Source: Peptococcaceae bacterium BRH_c4b (GTDB lineage Bacteria; Bacillota; Desulfotomaculia; Desulfotomaculales; Desulfocucumaceae). From it: a DNA stretch of 32,000 nt. Each line of letters starts with the position of its first letter. The stretch's first letter is position 1. Where the stretch lies: contig LADO01000057.1 in assembly GCA_000961595.1 (NCBI GenBank), positions 4,991 to 36,990 on the forward strand, given 5' to 3'. This document shows, piece by piece, positions 14,501 through 22,157 of the stretch. The position numbers and the translations under genes are program-made. The notes under the pieces were generated by a model. That model worked only from the letters and a program-made list of their open reading frames with translations. It did not search any database and was not told the origin of the DNA.

Positions 14501-15091
14501 GAAATCCGGGGCGCCGGAAACCTGTTGGGAGCGGAACAGCACGGCCATATCGCTGCGGTGGGATTCGACCTTTACTGCCGGCTGCTGGAGGAAGCAGTGC
14601 GGGAGGCCAGGGGCGAGGAGCATGTGGGGCCTGTGGAAACTTCCATAGAGCTTCCGGTGGAGGCTTACCTGCCGGATGGTTACGTGCCGGACAGCAACCA
14701 AAAGGTGGAGTTATACCGTCGCATTGCCCATTTCCGGGAAGAATCCGAGGTGGGTGATATAGAAGAAGAAATGGTTGACCGTTTCGGCGACCTTCCTGTT
14801 CCCGCCAGAAACCTGCTCAGGATAGCCACATTGAAAATTATAGCCGGGAAGTACCGCATGCGTGCCCTGGCGGGGCAGCCGGGTTTCTTTAAGCTACAGT
14901 TTGCGCCTGGCCACGTCCTTACGGGTGAAACACTGGTCAGGCTGGTGCAGACATACAAAAATCGCGTAAAATTCAACGATCTGGGCGGAGAATTTGAAAT
15001 AAAATTAAAAGCGCCCGGTTATGAAGACAACCTTGGGCATTATCTGGATGTGCTGGAGGACTTTTTACGGGAGTTGGGAGGCTGCTCCTAA
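11570..15091 (+). CDS. mfd: Transcription-repair coupling factor
   Basis: 1173 aa with AAGGAG 6 nt upstream. It has a UvrB-homology N-terminus, a CarD/TRCF domain ('GDYVVHVNHGIGRY'), helicase motifs 'GDVGYGKTEVA' and 'DEEQRFGV', and a TRG motif region. Confidence 0.95.
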   Translation: MRGLLAPLKNMKEFQSLCRGLGRGHKQQLVFGLAGSQRAYLAAGIAESCASPVLIVTAGEQEAGLLADDLSALLSGARVFHFPVLQLLPYQVLAHGREVLASRLKVLEALIDGQPSVVVTSAEGLMRRLSPPEIFRRANLEIMVGQRIEPEKLKYRLAELGYERVDLVEGRGQFSARGGIIDVFPSTGDMPCRLEFFDDEVDSVRSFDPDTQRSAEKLSKVNVLPAGELVLEPPVREAGIKALEAEYRTQMKRISRESSSEARRQLEDMAGTALERIRTGLHFPGLEQFLPYFYPHPVTLADYFPAGVPVLVDEPARFKEVVEVIEKERAETYADLLAKGRVLPGQYRGYAGWQELEQFLRRLNAVYLSFLPRQPQFLGTANVVTFPVKGMHVFLGRVDILVDDVRHWKRNGYAVALLAGSGDRARQLLQGMKDAKIDAYHIREIAGDISPGNVVISEESLSGGFELVSGKLVVVTESEMYGQRRRSRRNRIRQAPKLDTFTELKKGDYVVHVNHGIGRYLGIISLNIDGINKDYLQVKYAGEDKLYVPTDQVGMIQKYLGAEADAPRLSKLGGAEWNRVKGRVKEAVREMAQDLLALYAARETARGHAFGTDTVWQKEFEANFPYEETPDQLRAIAEVKKDMERPRPMDRLLCGDVGYGKTEVALRAAFKSIMDGKQVAVLVPTTILAQQHYNTFRERFAPYPVKVEMLSRFRSPREQKAIIADLTSGKLDIIIGTHRLVQEDVVFKDLGFLVVDEEQRFGVTHKERLKQIKNNVDVLTLTATPIPRTLHMSLVGARDTSILETPPEDRFPVQTYVLEEDPAMIREAILREMGRGGQVFFVHNRIIDLDRLASWLAELVPDARLAIGHGQMKEDDLEQVMLDFMDNQYDVLVCTTIIESGLDIPNVNTLIVKDANNMGLAQLYQLRGRVGRSSRLAYAYLTYRRDRILNEVAEKRLAAIREFTEFGSGYKIAMRDLEIRGAGNLLGAEQHGHIAAVGFDLYCRLLEEAVREARGEEHVGPVETSIELPVEAYLPDGYVPDSNQKVELYRRIAHFREESEVGDIEEEMVDRFGDLPVPARNLLRIATLKIIAGKYRMRALAGQPGFFKLQFAPGHVLTGETLVRLVQTYKNRVKFNDLGGEFEIKLKAPGYEDNLGHYLDVLEDFLRELGGCS

Positions 15092-15110
15092 AACTGCGCC
15101 TGGCATTTGG

Positions 15111-15168
15111 GAAGTGTGAAGTGAGAGGTTAGAAGTGAGTGACTTCCTACGTCTCACCTCGCGTTTTT
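15111..15168 (+). terminator. Heptamer-built hairpin plus T-run downstream of mfd (probable terminator)
   Basis: The left arm is GAAGTGT GAAGTGA GAGGTTA GAAGTGA (15111-15138). The right arm is ACTTCCT ACGTCTC ACCTCGC (15142-15162). Positions 15121-15136 pair with 15142-15157 at 13 of 16 positions. T5 lies at 15164-15168. Confidence 0.45.
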
Positions 15169-15258
15169 GACTAGCCTCCATGAATCTTCCGTTAATTTTT
15201 GGCTATTGCGGATTGACCGGCCTGAATATATAATCATGCTTATTGGGGAGGGATAGTA

Positions 15259-16269
15259 TTGAATAAAAAATCAATCAGTTTAATTCTTTCGTTGGGCATA
15301 GTTTTTCTTTTATTGTTGGCGGGTTGCGGTAGCAATGCGGTGGCAACGGTAAACGGTGTAAATATCACCAGCCAGCAGTTGGACGAGCAGTTGACGGCTT
15401 ACAAGGAGTATTATAAGCAGCAGGGCATGAACCTGGAAGGCGAGGATGCCGCTCCCCTGGTGGAAATGCTGAAAGCTCAACTCCTGGAGAGCATGATTAA
15501 TCAGGAATTAATGCTCCAGGAAGCCAAAAAACAGGGGATTACCCCGGACCAGAAGGAAATAGAAAAACAAATAAAAGAACTTAAAGACAGCTACAAAACA
15601 GAAGCTGAATTTAAAAAATTTCTGGCTGCTAACGGTGTTTCCGAGCCCAAGCTTAATGACCTGGTGGAAAAGCAGTATCTTGTAACCGAATTGCAAAAAA
15701 AGGTTACTGCCGATGTGAAGGAAGCCGCTCCTGAGGAGGCCCTGAAATACTATCAAGAGAATAAAGAGCAGTATACTAACCCCGTACAGTATGAGGTGAG
15801 GCATATTCTGTTCTCCACCATGGACAAACCGGGCGGTCAGGCCAAGGTAGAGGCGGACGCCAAGGCAGCGGCCCTGTCTGTTGTAAACCAGCTTAACCAG
15901 GGCGGTGATTTTGCAGCCCTGGCCAAAGAAAAATCTGAAGACCTGGGGTCTGCTGATAACGGAGGCCTGTATACATTTAAAAAAGGCGATGCGGTGAAGG
16001 AATTTGAAGCTGCCGCACTGGCCCTTAAACCGGGCGAATATACCAGCGCCCCGGTGAAAACAGAATTCGGTTATCACATTATTAAACTGGAAAAGATTAT
16101 ACCTGCGACTACAATGTCCTTTGAAGTAGTCCAGCCGGAAATAATAGCGCAACTTACGGATAAGGCCAGGCAGGAAAAATTCTCCGGATACATGACAGAA
16201 GTAGCCGGCAAGGCTAAAATAGTCAATAATTTAAAAGCAGAACAGAAAGACACGAAGAAAAAAGAATAG
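15259..16269 (+). CDS. PpiC/parvulin-type peptidyl-prolyl isomerase lipoprotein (PrsA/SurA-like)
   Basis: It has the lipobox 'LLLAGCGS', a SurA-like N-domain and the parvulin signature 'RHILF...FGYHIIKLE'. TTG start is preceded by GGGGAGGG. Confidence 0.85.
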   Translation: MNKKSISLILSLGIVFLLLLAGCGSNAVATVNGVNITSQQLDEQLTAYKEYYKQQGMNLEGEDAAPLVEMLKAQLLESMINQELMLQEAKKQGITPDQKEIEKQIKELKDSYKTEAEFKKFLAANGVSEPKLNDLVEKQYLVTELQKKVTADVKEAAPEEALKYYQENKEQYTNPVQYEVRHILFSTMDKPGGQAKVEADAKAAALSVVNQLNQGGDFAALAKEKSEDLGSADNGGLYTFKKGDAVKEFEAAALALKPGEYTSAPVKTEFGYHIIKLEKIIPATTMSFEVVQPEIIAQLTDKARQEKFSGYMTEVAGKAKIVNNLKAEQKDTKKKE

Positions 16270-16311
16270 TATCGAATAATGAAAATTAATTAAATGCCCA
16301 TTGGTAAAAAA

Positions 16312-16342
16312 TGAATAAATCCTTTCCTCCTGCTATATACTA
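16312..16342 (+). promoter_or_regulatory. Forespore (sigma-G/F-type) promoter candidate for spoVT
   Basis: TGAATA (16312-16317), 18-nt spacer, TATACTA (16336-16342), compared with the recalled consensus TGAATA-N17/18-CATACTA. spoVT is sigma-G dependent in B. subtilis. Confidence 0.45.
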
Positions 16343-16396
16343 TCTGTGAAAGTTAATTCGTTAAGATTATGCAGAAAAAGGAGGGAAGGGTGATAG

Positions 16397-16957
16397 ATGA
16401 AAGCCACGGGCATCGTGCGGCGCATTGACGATTTGGGCAGGGTTGTAATACCGAAGGAAATCAGAAGAACACTGCGCATACGTGAAGGGGACCCGCTGGA
16501 GATATTTGTTGACAGGGAAGGTGAGGTAATCCTAAAAAAATATTCGCCCATAGGCGAATTAGGCGATTTTGCCAAGGAATATGCCGATTCCCTCTATGAA
16601 GCCTTAGGACACATTGCCTGCATAGCCGACAGAGATACAATAATAGCGGTGGCAGGAGCGCCGAAGAAAGAATATGTCAATAAAGCTATCGGCCCGGCCA
16701 TTGAAAAGGTAATGGAAGAGCGCAAGGCTGTAATAATTAATGGTACCGGGGAGGAGCCGTATTGTAAAGAGTGTATGATCGTGGAAGACGGTGAATGCAA
16801 ATATTCCTCCGAGGTAATAGCTCCTATTATAGTCGAGGGCGACCCCATAGGTGCAGTGATACTGGCTTCCAAAGAACCAGATATCAAGATGGGAGAAATG
16901 GAGCTGAAGCTGGCAGAAACAGCGGCGGGATTTCTGGCCAAACAGATGGAGCAGTAA
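16397..16957 (+). CDS. spoVT: Stage V sporulation protein T (AbrB-family regulator with GAF-like C-domain)
   Basis: The first ~60 residues, 'MKATGIVRRIDDLGRVVIPKEIRRTLRIREGDPLEIFVDREGEVILKKYSPI', are nearly identical to B. subtilis SpoVT. The C-terminal end '...ETAAGFLAKQMEQ' is also conserved. Confidence 0.95.
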   Translation: MKATGIVRRIDDLGRVVIPKEIRRTLRIREGDPLEIFVDREGEVILKKYSPIGELGDFAKEYADSLYEALGHIACIADRDTIIAVAGAPKKEYVNKAIGPAIEKVMEERKAVIINGTGEEPYCKECMIVEDGECKYSSEVIAPIIVEGDPIGAVILASKEPDIKMGEMELKLAETAAGFLAKQMEQ

Positions 16958-17043
16958 TTCCCTTTTGTACTCCAGTCTTGGTTTACATGGTGAATATTCG
17001 CCGGAAACTGCTAACGGTTGTGCAGAGCGATATTCAACAAACA

Positions 17044-17090
17044 ATATAGCCGGTGTCCGGTAATATGTATTACCCGGGCACCGGCTATAT
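17044..17090 (+). terminator. Strong hairpin downstream of spoVT (terminator-like, weak U-tract)
   Basis: ATATAGCCGGTG-T-CCGG (17044-) pairs with CCGG-G-CACCGGCTATAT (-17090): 12 perfect bp, one mismatch, then 4 bp. Confidence 0.5.
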
Positions 17091-17124
17091 CTTTGGCGGT
17101 GGCTGGAAATACCACCTTTTTTTA

Positions 17125-17147
17125 TGCTATAATAGTCAAATGTCGAA
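17125..17147 (+). promoter_or_regulatory. Extended -10 promoter candidate (TGcTATAAT) followed immediately by a perfect Spo0A box
   Basis: TGCTATAAT at 17125-17133 and TGTCGAA at 17141-17147, around the predicted +1. This is about 340 nt upstream of the yabN start. Confidence 0.4.
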
Positions 17148-17162
17148 AGTCAAATGTCAAAA
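17135..17162 (+). repeat. Tandem heptamer array (GTCNAAN)x4
   Basis: GTCAAAT GTCGAAA GTCAAAT GTCAAAA, with GTC exactly every 7 nt at 17135, 17142, 17149 and 17156. Confidence 0.7.
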
Positions 17163-17416
17163 AGGTTAGTCCCTTCAAGTTACGCTGGTCGTGCGGTGTT
17201 TTGCCCCGGGCACTCATGACGTGCAAAAAGGTAATTCAAAAAGAAATATCTGTTTTTGCAACGGCTGAGATACAGTTTAGACGCATAGGTATAGTTACTG
17301 GCCGTTGCTATACTTGCTTCGGAGCGGACTAAGATGCCTGCATATTGGCCGCAATCATTACTTCACCGCACACGCGCCGCGATATTTGTTAACCATAACG
17401 GAAGGATATTTTAGTT

Positions 17417-17451
17417 GACTTTTGACCTTAGACCTTGGACATTTGACCTTA
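17417..17451 (+). repeat. Tandem heptamer array (GACNTTN)x5, the inverted counterpart of 17135-17162, ending 10 nt before the yabN SD
   Basis: GACTTTT GACCTTA GACCTTG GACATTT GACCTTA, with GAC exactly every 7 nt at 17417, 17424, 17431, 17438 and 17445. GACATTTGAC is the reverse complement of GTCAAATGTC in the left array. Confidence 0.7.
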
Positions 17452-17472
17452 AATTTGTGCCGGAGGTATAAG

Positions 17473-18966
17473 ATGGTTGCTGGAGAAATTATACTGGCGG
17501 GCTTGGGACCAGGCGATCCATCCGCCCTGCCGGGTGCGGTGCTGGAGGAACTGGCGGCGGAGGGGCAGATCTGGCTCAGGACCGAAATTCACCCGGCGGT
17601 AGCGCGGTTAAAGGAAAAAGGCATTAAATTTAACACCTTTGACCATTTATACGGGATTGCTGCTGATTTTGAGCATGTGTACCGCCAGATTGCTGAAAAT
17701 ATAATTGCAGCCGGCAGGACCGGCCGGGTGGTATACGTCGTTCCCGGCCATCCCCTGGTGGCCGAAGAGTCGGTGCGTCTGATACTGGAAGGTGCTAAAA
17801 AAGAGGGCATAGCGGTGCGGATCATACCTGCCATGAGTTTTCTGGATGCTCTTTTTGTGTCTTTGAGGATAGATCCGGTGTCCGGGCTGCACTTAGTGGA
17901 CGGGTTGAGGCTGGACAGGCAGTGGCCGGATCCTGGAACCGGAACGGTGGTAACTCAGGTATATAGCCAGTTGGTGGCTTCAGACATTAAGCTTTCGCTT
18001 ATGGAATATTACCCCGGGGAACATCGGGTTACTGTAATACGGGCCGCAGGGGTGCCTGGGAAGGAGAAGTTGGAGGAAGTGCCTCTTTATGAGATAGACA
18101 GGCTTTCCTGGTTGGATCATCTTACATGTCTTTACATACCACCTCTGGCTGACTACCATGGGCCTGCCAGATACCCCCTTGATCCCCTGGTGAACGTCAT
18201 GGCCTTATTGCGCTCGGATAAAGGGTGTCCCTGGGACCGGGAACAGGACCACCATACCCTGAAAAAGTATCTTCTGGAAGAATCCTATGAAGTTTTAGAG
18301 GCTATAGAAACAGGAGATATGTATAATATTTGTGAAGAATTGGGAGACTTATTACTACAAATCGTTTTTCACGCCCAAATAGCTTCTGAGGAAGATTGTT
18401 TTGATATAAATGATGTGGTGGCGGGAATAACTGAAAAAATGCTCAGGCGTCACCCCCATGTTTTTGCCGGAGCCGAAGTGAAGGACAGCTCTGAAGTTCT
18501 GGTTAACTGGGAAGCAATAAAAAAGCGTGAAAAACAAGACAGTCAACAACCGGCGGCACAATCTGTGCTGTCCGGTATTCCAGGCCATCTAACGGCGCTG
18601 ATGAAAGCTCAAAAGATACAGGTCAGGGCGGCTCAGGTTGGTTTTGACTGGCCGGACTATGGAGGTGCGCTGGACAAGGTTTATGAAGAACTGGAGGAGA
18701 TCAAGGCAGCAATAAAACAGGAGAATAAAAAGCAACAGGAATCCGAAACGGGCGATTTATTGTTTGCCGCGGTGAACCTGGCCAGATTGCTGGGGGTTGA
18801 TGCGGAAACGGCCCTGACAGGGACGGTGGGAAAATTTATTAATCGCTTTCATTACATAGAGGAAAAAGTAACTGAAAATAGAAAAGATTTAAAAAGGTGT
18901 AGTCTGGAAGAGCTGGATTTTTACTGGGAAGAGGCGAAAAAACATGAAAAATCTACAAAAATATAG
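17473..18966 (+). CDS. yabN: YabN-type fusion: tetrapyrrole (SAM) methylase-like domain + MazG nucleoside-triphosphate pyrophosphohydrolase
   Basis: It has an N-terminal 'ILAGLGPGDPSAL' and two C-terminal MazG repeats ('EESYEVLEAIETGD...EELGDLLLQIVFHAQI'). ATG 17473 has GGAGGT 6 nt upstream. The ORF-track start at 17422 lies in the heptamer array. Confidence 0.9.
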   Translation: MVAGEIILAGLGPGDPSALPGAVLEELAAEGQIWLRTEIHPAVARLKEKGIKFNTFDHLYGIAADFEHVYRQIAENIIAAGRTGRVVYVVPGHPLVAEESVRLILEGAKKEGIAVRIIPAMSFLDALFVSLRIDPVSGLHLVDGLRLDRQWPDPGTGTVVTQVYSQLVASDIKLSLMEYYPGEHRVTVIRAAGVPGKEKLEEVPLYEIDRLSWLDHLTCLYIPPLADYHGPARYPLDPLVNVMALLRSDKGCPWDREQDHHTLKKYLLEESYEVLEAIETGDMYNICEELGDLLLQIVFHAQIASEEDCFDINDVVAGITEKMLRRHPHVFAGAEVKDSSEVLVNWEAIKKREKQDSQQPAAQSVLSGIPGHLTALMKAQKIQVRAAQVGFDWPDYGGALDKVYEELEEIKAAIKQENKKQQESETGDLLFAAVNLARLLGVDAETALTGTVGKFINRFHYIEEKVTENRKDLKRCSLEELDFYWEEAKKHEKSTKI

Positions 18967-19051
18967 GAATTATTTTCAAGTAAGGAGGAAATTCAAGAAA
19001 TAACGCGAATAATTAAGTGCATTAATACGTAAATTTTGAGGGGGGTATTTA

Positions 19052-19327
19052 ATGAACAAGGCAGATCTTATCTCGCAGGTTGCAGAAAAAACCGAAATGA
19101 CCAAGAAGGATGCCGAAAAAGCGGTATCTGCTATTCTGGCCAGCATCGAAGAAGCCCTATCAAAAGGAGAAAAGGTTCAGCTTGTAGGCTTCGGCACCTT
19201 CGAGATCAGGGAAAGAGCTGCCCGTAAGGGGCGGAACCCGCAGACCGGGGAAGAAATCAGCATAGCTGCTGCCCGGGTGCCGGTATTCAAGGCAGGCAAA
19301 GCCCTGCGTGATACCGTTTCCTCATAA
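19052..19327 (+). CDS. hup: DNA-binding protein HU
   Basis: 91 aa. '[25 protein letters not shown]...[24 protein letters not shown]' is the canonical HU sequence. Confidence 0.95.
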   Translation: MNKADLISQVAEKTEMTKKDAEKAVSAILASIEEALSKGEKVQLVGFGTFEIRERAARKGRNPQTGEEISIAAARVPVFKAGKALRDTVSS

Positions 19328-19337
19328 ATAGCCGGCA

Positions 19338-19363
19338 ATAACCAGACTGACAGGTCTGGTTAT
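19338..19363 (+). terminator. Hairpin after hup (attenuator or partial terminator, no U-tract)
   Basis: ATAACCAGAC (19338-19347), loop TGACAG, GTCTGGTTAT (19354-19363). Confidence 0.35.
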
Positions 19364-19385
19364 CCGCTGTTGAGGGGATGGTTTT

Positions 19386-19655
19386 ATGAGATTAGATAAG
19401 TTTTTAAAGGTTTCCCGTGTGATAAAACGCCGAACGCTGGCTAAAGAGGTTTGTGACGGCGGACAGGTTACACTTAACGGACGGGCAGCTAAAGCAGGCA
19501 CCGAAGTGAAACCAGGAGATATAATCATAATTATTTTCGGTTCTAGGAAGATTAAGTTTGAAATTTTATCCGTACGGGAAAATGTGCCTGCTAAGCAGGC
19601 TGGTGAACTCTACAACATGCTTGAAGAGTCATTTGAGAGCGGAGTTATTGAATAA
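19386..19655 (+). CDS. yabO: S4-domain RNA-binding protein (YabO-like)
   Basis: 89 aa. 'MRLDKFLKVSRVIKRRTLAKEVCDGGQVTLNGRAAKAGTEVKPGD' is an S4 domain. Its position after hup matches B. subtilis. Confidence 0.85.
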   Translation: MRLDKFLKVSRVIKRRTLAKEVCDGGQVTLNGRAAKAGTEVKPGDIIIIIFGSRKIKFEILSVRENVPAKQAGELYNMLEESFESGVIE

Positions 19656-19659
19656 ATTA

Positions 19660-19697
19660 GGGGACATTCCTTCTCGGATTTGTTAAGGTGTGTCCCC
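19660..19697 (+). repeat. GGGGACA-hairpin repeat, copy A (short-loop variant)
   Basis: GGGGACATTCCTT-ctcggatttgtt-AAGGTGTGTCCCC, starting 5 nt after the yabO stop and followed by TTTCCTTTTT. Confidence 0.7.
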
Positions 19698-19760
19698 TTT
19701 CCTTTTTATACGAGTCCCTGCAAAGGGGCTTTTTATTATTTTAATGCCATCCAGAGTAAA

Positions 19761-19789
19761 AAATACAAGGTGTTTAACGGGCATAATAT
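19761..19789 (+). promoter_or_regulatory. Sigma-E-like promoter candidate for spoIID
   Basis: AAATACA (19761-19767), 14-nt spacer, CATAATAT (19782-19789), compared with the recalled consensus xxATAxx-N14-CATACAxT. The match is imperfect. Confidence 0.3.
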
Positions 19790-19831
19790 ATTTTCCTCCG
19801 GTAAGAATAATAAAAAAAGTGGGGGAATGCC

Positions 19832-20776
19832 ATGTTTACACGACGGTTTTCTTTTTGGCTGGCAGTTGTTTTAATAGTCTCTTTGGCTGCAGCTTCATGT
19901 GCCCGCAATCCGCAGCAAAAACCCGTGCCCAAGCGTTATAAAGACGAGCCCATGATAAGCCTGTACGTTAATGAAACAGGGGAAAAGAAAAATTTAAAAA
20001 TGGAAGAATATATTGCCGGTGTGGTGGCGGCCGAGATGGATCCTGCCTGGCCGGTAAATGCCTTGGCCGCCCAGGCCATCCTGGCTCGTACCTTTACCAT
20101 GGAAAATATTGAAGCTGGCCGGGTCAAAAAGCTGCACGGTACCGATGCTTCCACCAGCGTAGAGGAATTTCAGGCCTATGATCCCTCTAGAATTAATGAT
20201 CATGTACGCCGGGCCGTGGAGCGCACCAGGGGGGAGGTGGCCACCTGCCGGGGTGATTTTATCAAAGCCTGGTTTTCCGCCTGTGACGGCGGGGTGTCCG
20301 CCTCCGCCAGTGAGGGTCTGGCCTATACCAAAACCCCAACTCCCTATGTTAAGTCGGGGGTGAAGGACAACTGTCTCTCCATTACCACCCCGGAAAACCG
20401 TCACTGGGAAAAGTCTATCCCCTTAAGCCAGGTGAGGGCGGCGGTTAAAAATATTGCTGGCCGGGAGCCGGGGGACGTCACTGTGGTGAAAATTGCGCAG
20501 AAGGGTCCTTCGGGCAGAGCTGAAAGAATTCAGATCGGTGATGTACAGGTGGGAGGACCTGCCTTAAGACTGGCCCTGGGTAGCGATCAGATCCGCTCCA
20601 TGTTCCTGGAGGAGGTATCTCTAAAGGGTGATAATCTTATTCTAGCGGGCAAAGGATTCGGGCACGGCGTGGGTATGTGCCAGTGGGGTGCCAACCTAAT
20701 GGCCCGTAAAGGAAAAACACCGGAGGATATAATAAAATTCTTTTTCAGGGATATTGAAATACAGAAGATTTGGTAA
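19832..20776 (+). CDS. spoIID: SpoIID/LytB-domain sporulation lytic transglycosylase (lipoprotein-like signal)
   Basis: 'AAQAILARTFTMENI', 'AWFSACDGGVSASASEG' and 'GHGVGMCQWGANLMARKG' are SpoIID-domain motifs. The N-terminal signal has Cys ('LAAASC'). Confidence 0.8.
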   Translation: MFTRRFSFWLAVVLIVSLAAASCARNPQQKPVPKRYKDEPMISLYVNETGEKKNLKMEEYIAGVVAAEMDPAWPVNALAAQAILARTFTMENIEAGRVKKLHGTDASTSVEEFQAYDPSRINDHVRRAVERTRGEVATCRGDFIKAWFSACDGGVSASASEGLAYTKTPTPYVKSGVKDNCLSITTPENRHWEKSIPLSQVRAAVKNIAGREPGDVTVVKIAQKGPSGRAERIQIGDVQVGGPALRLALGSDQIRSMFLEEVSLKGDNLILAGKGFGHGVGMCQWGANLMARKGKTPEDIIKFFFRDIEIQKIW

Positions 20777-20801
20777 AGGTGGTTTTGTACCACCTTTTTT
20801 T
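20775..20801 (+). terminator. Rho-independent terminator of spoIID
   Basis: AAAGGTGG (20775-20782), loop TTTTGTA, CCACCTTT (20790-20797), with the T-run continuing to 20801. Confidence 0.75.
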
Positions 20802-20828
20802 CATATTTTCCGAGATGTGGCATAAATA
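20801..20828 (+). promoter_or_regulatory. Sigma-E-like promoter candidate for yabP-yabQ
   Basis: TCATATT (20801-20807), 13-nt spacer, CATAAATA (20821-20828). yabPQ is sigma-E dependent in B. subtilis. The match is imperfect. Confidence 0.3.
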
Positions 20829-20869
20829 TGAATTGAGTTAAAAACGGGTACAGCGAAGGGGGAGAGGCT

Positions 20870-21145
20870 GTGGAGGATAGGAAAAAACACAGGCTGACCC
20901 TCACGGAGCGTAAACACCTGGTGCTGGAAGGGGTTCTGCATGTGGGCAGTTTCGATGAAAAAGAAATTACCCTGGATACCAGCCTGGGGTTTTTGTCTCT
21001 GAAGGGGGACGGCTTGCATATTACTCAGTTAAATCTGGATGAGGGTGTCTTAACCGTTGAAGGATTTGTTGCCTCTATTGAGTTTAATGAAAATAAAACA
21101 TCAAGGAATAAGGGCAAAGGCATTTTAAACAGAATTTTAAAATGA
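20870..21145 (+). CDS. yabP: Sporulation protein YabP
   Basis: 91 aa. 'HRLTLTERKHLVLEGVLHVGSFDEKEITLDTSLGFLSLKGDGLHITQLNLDEGVLTVEG' is the YabP family pattern. GTG start is preceded by GAAGGGGGA. Confidence 0.85.
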   Translation: MEDRKKHRLTLTERKHLVLEGVLHVGSFDEKEITLDTSLGFLSLKGDGLHITQLNLDEGVLTVEGFVASIEFNENKTSRNKGKGILNRILK

Positions 21146-21218
21146 CGGTTTATAATTTATTGACCGGTTATAATTTTTCCAAGTGGTTTTGCGCCATTCC
21201 GGAGGGGGTGAAAATGAA

Positions 21219-21776
21219 TTGCCCCTGGCTGAGCAAATTAATGTTTTTATGATGCTGGTGGGCACGGGCATGCTGGCGGGTTTCTGTTTTGATGTGTACA
21301 GGGTGGTACGGGATGCCCTGAGGTTGAAGAAAACAGGCACCTATTTTGGTGATATTTTTTTCTGGTTGCTGCTAACCGGCCTTGCCTTTTGCCTTTTGCT
21401 TAAGTACAACGCCGGCGAGGTACGGATTTATGTATTTGTGGGCCTTGCCCTGGGGTCGTTGTTGTACATGCAATTGTTAAGCGGGTATGCGTATCGTATG
21501 TTGAAACGTTGCTTATTAATACTAGGCAGAATAACAAAATTAGTTTTAGTAGTCCTTTTATTTGTATGGAAGATAGTTACTACTCCCTTTAAAATAACCT
21601 TTCTGGTAATAGCGTTTCCGTTCCAACTTTTGGCCAGGGTATACTACTCGGTGGGCAGGGGCATAAAAAAATATGGTGCTCCTGTTTACCCTTTGCTTGC
21701 CGGGAAGGCAAAAAAATGCCTGTCACTGTGTATAAAAACTATTTGGACAAAGTTGAAACCACGTAGATATAAGTGA
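21219..21776 (+). CDS. yabQ: Spore cortex biosynthesis membrane protein YabQ
   Basis: 'FMMLVGTGMLAGFCFDVYRVV...DIFFWLLLTGLAFCLLLKYNAGEVRIYVFVG' aligns with B. subtilis YabQ. The start is uncertain: I chose TTG 21219 (GGAGGGGG upstream), while the ORF-track start is 21183. Confidence 0.75.
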   Translation: MPLAEQINVFMMLVGTGMLAGFCFDVYRVVRDALRLKKTGTYFGDIFFWLLLTGLAFCLLLKYNAGEVRIYVFVGLALGSLLYMQLLSGYAYRMLKRCLLILGRITKLVLVVLLFVWKIVTTPFKITFLVIAFPFQLLARVYYSVGRGIKKYGAPVYPLLAGKAKKCLSLCIKTIWTKLKPRRYK

Positions 21777-21819
21777 GCCTTGGGTTCGGAAGGGGTTATT
21801 CCCCTACCGAACATACGTT

Positions 21820-21867
21820 GGGGACATTCCTCACCCCAAAGTCAGGCTCTCATAGAGGTGTGTCCCC
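21820..21867 (+). repeat. GGGGACA-hairpin repeat, copy B (CCCCAAAG-loop variant)
   Basis: GGGGACATTCCTC-accccaaagtcaggctctcata-GAGGTGTGTCCCC, followed by TTTCC. Confidence 0.7.
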
Positions 21868-21894
21868 TTTCCTTAAAAGCGAACTTAAAGGTAT

Positions 21895-21945
21895 GGGGAC
21901 ACACCTCCATTTGGAGCCTGGCTTTGGGGCCGGAGGAATGTCCCC
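21895..21945 (-). repeat. GGGGACA-hairpin repeat, copy C (inverted, CCCCAAAG-loop variant)
   Basis: The reverse complement reads GGGGACATTCCTCC-ggccccaaagccaggctccaaat-GGAGGTGTGTCCCC. It lies 27 nt from copy B in tail-to-tail (convergent) orientation. Confidence 0.7.
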
Positions 21946-22157
21946 AACTAAACGAGCTTTACAGCCTGTTGATTCCCGACTTTTCGAGGACGGGGTCTTA
22001 CAGGCTGTTAACGAGATAAAGGCCACAGGCTTCGTCTGCACGCGCATATGGAAGAATATGACAGGTAAACTCCTCCAGCTGACACATATGGTAAAATATG
22101 GCACTTGCGTACCTGTGTTAACATATTCTTAAAAGCGCAGGGGGTGTCCAGCTTGGG

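Noticed and set aside
17018-17332. 104-aa Cys-rich ORF in the spoVT-yabN spacer.
   Set aside because: It runs through the spoVT hairpin, the promoter candidate and the heptamer array. It has no SD, and its composition looks random. The non-coding interpretation fits better.
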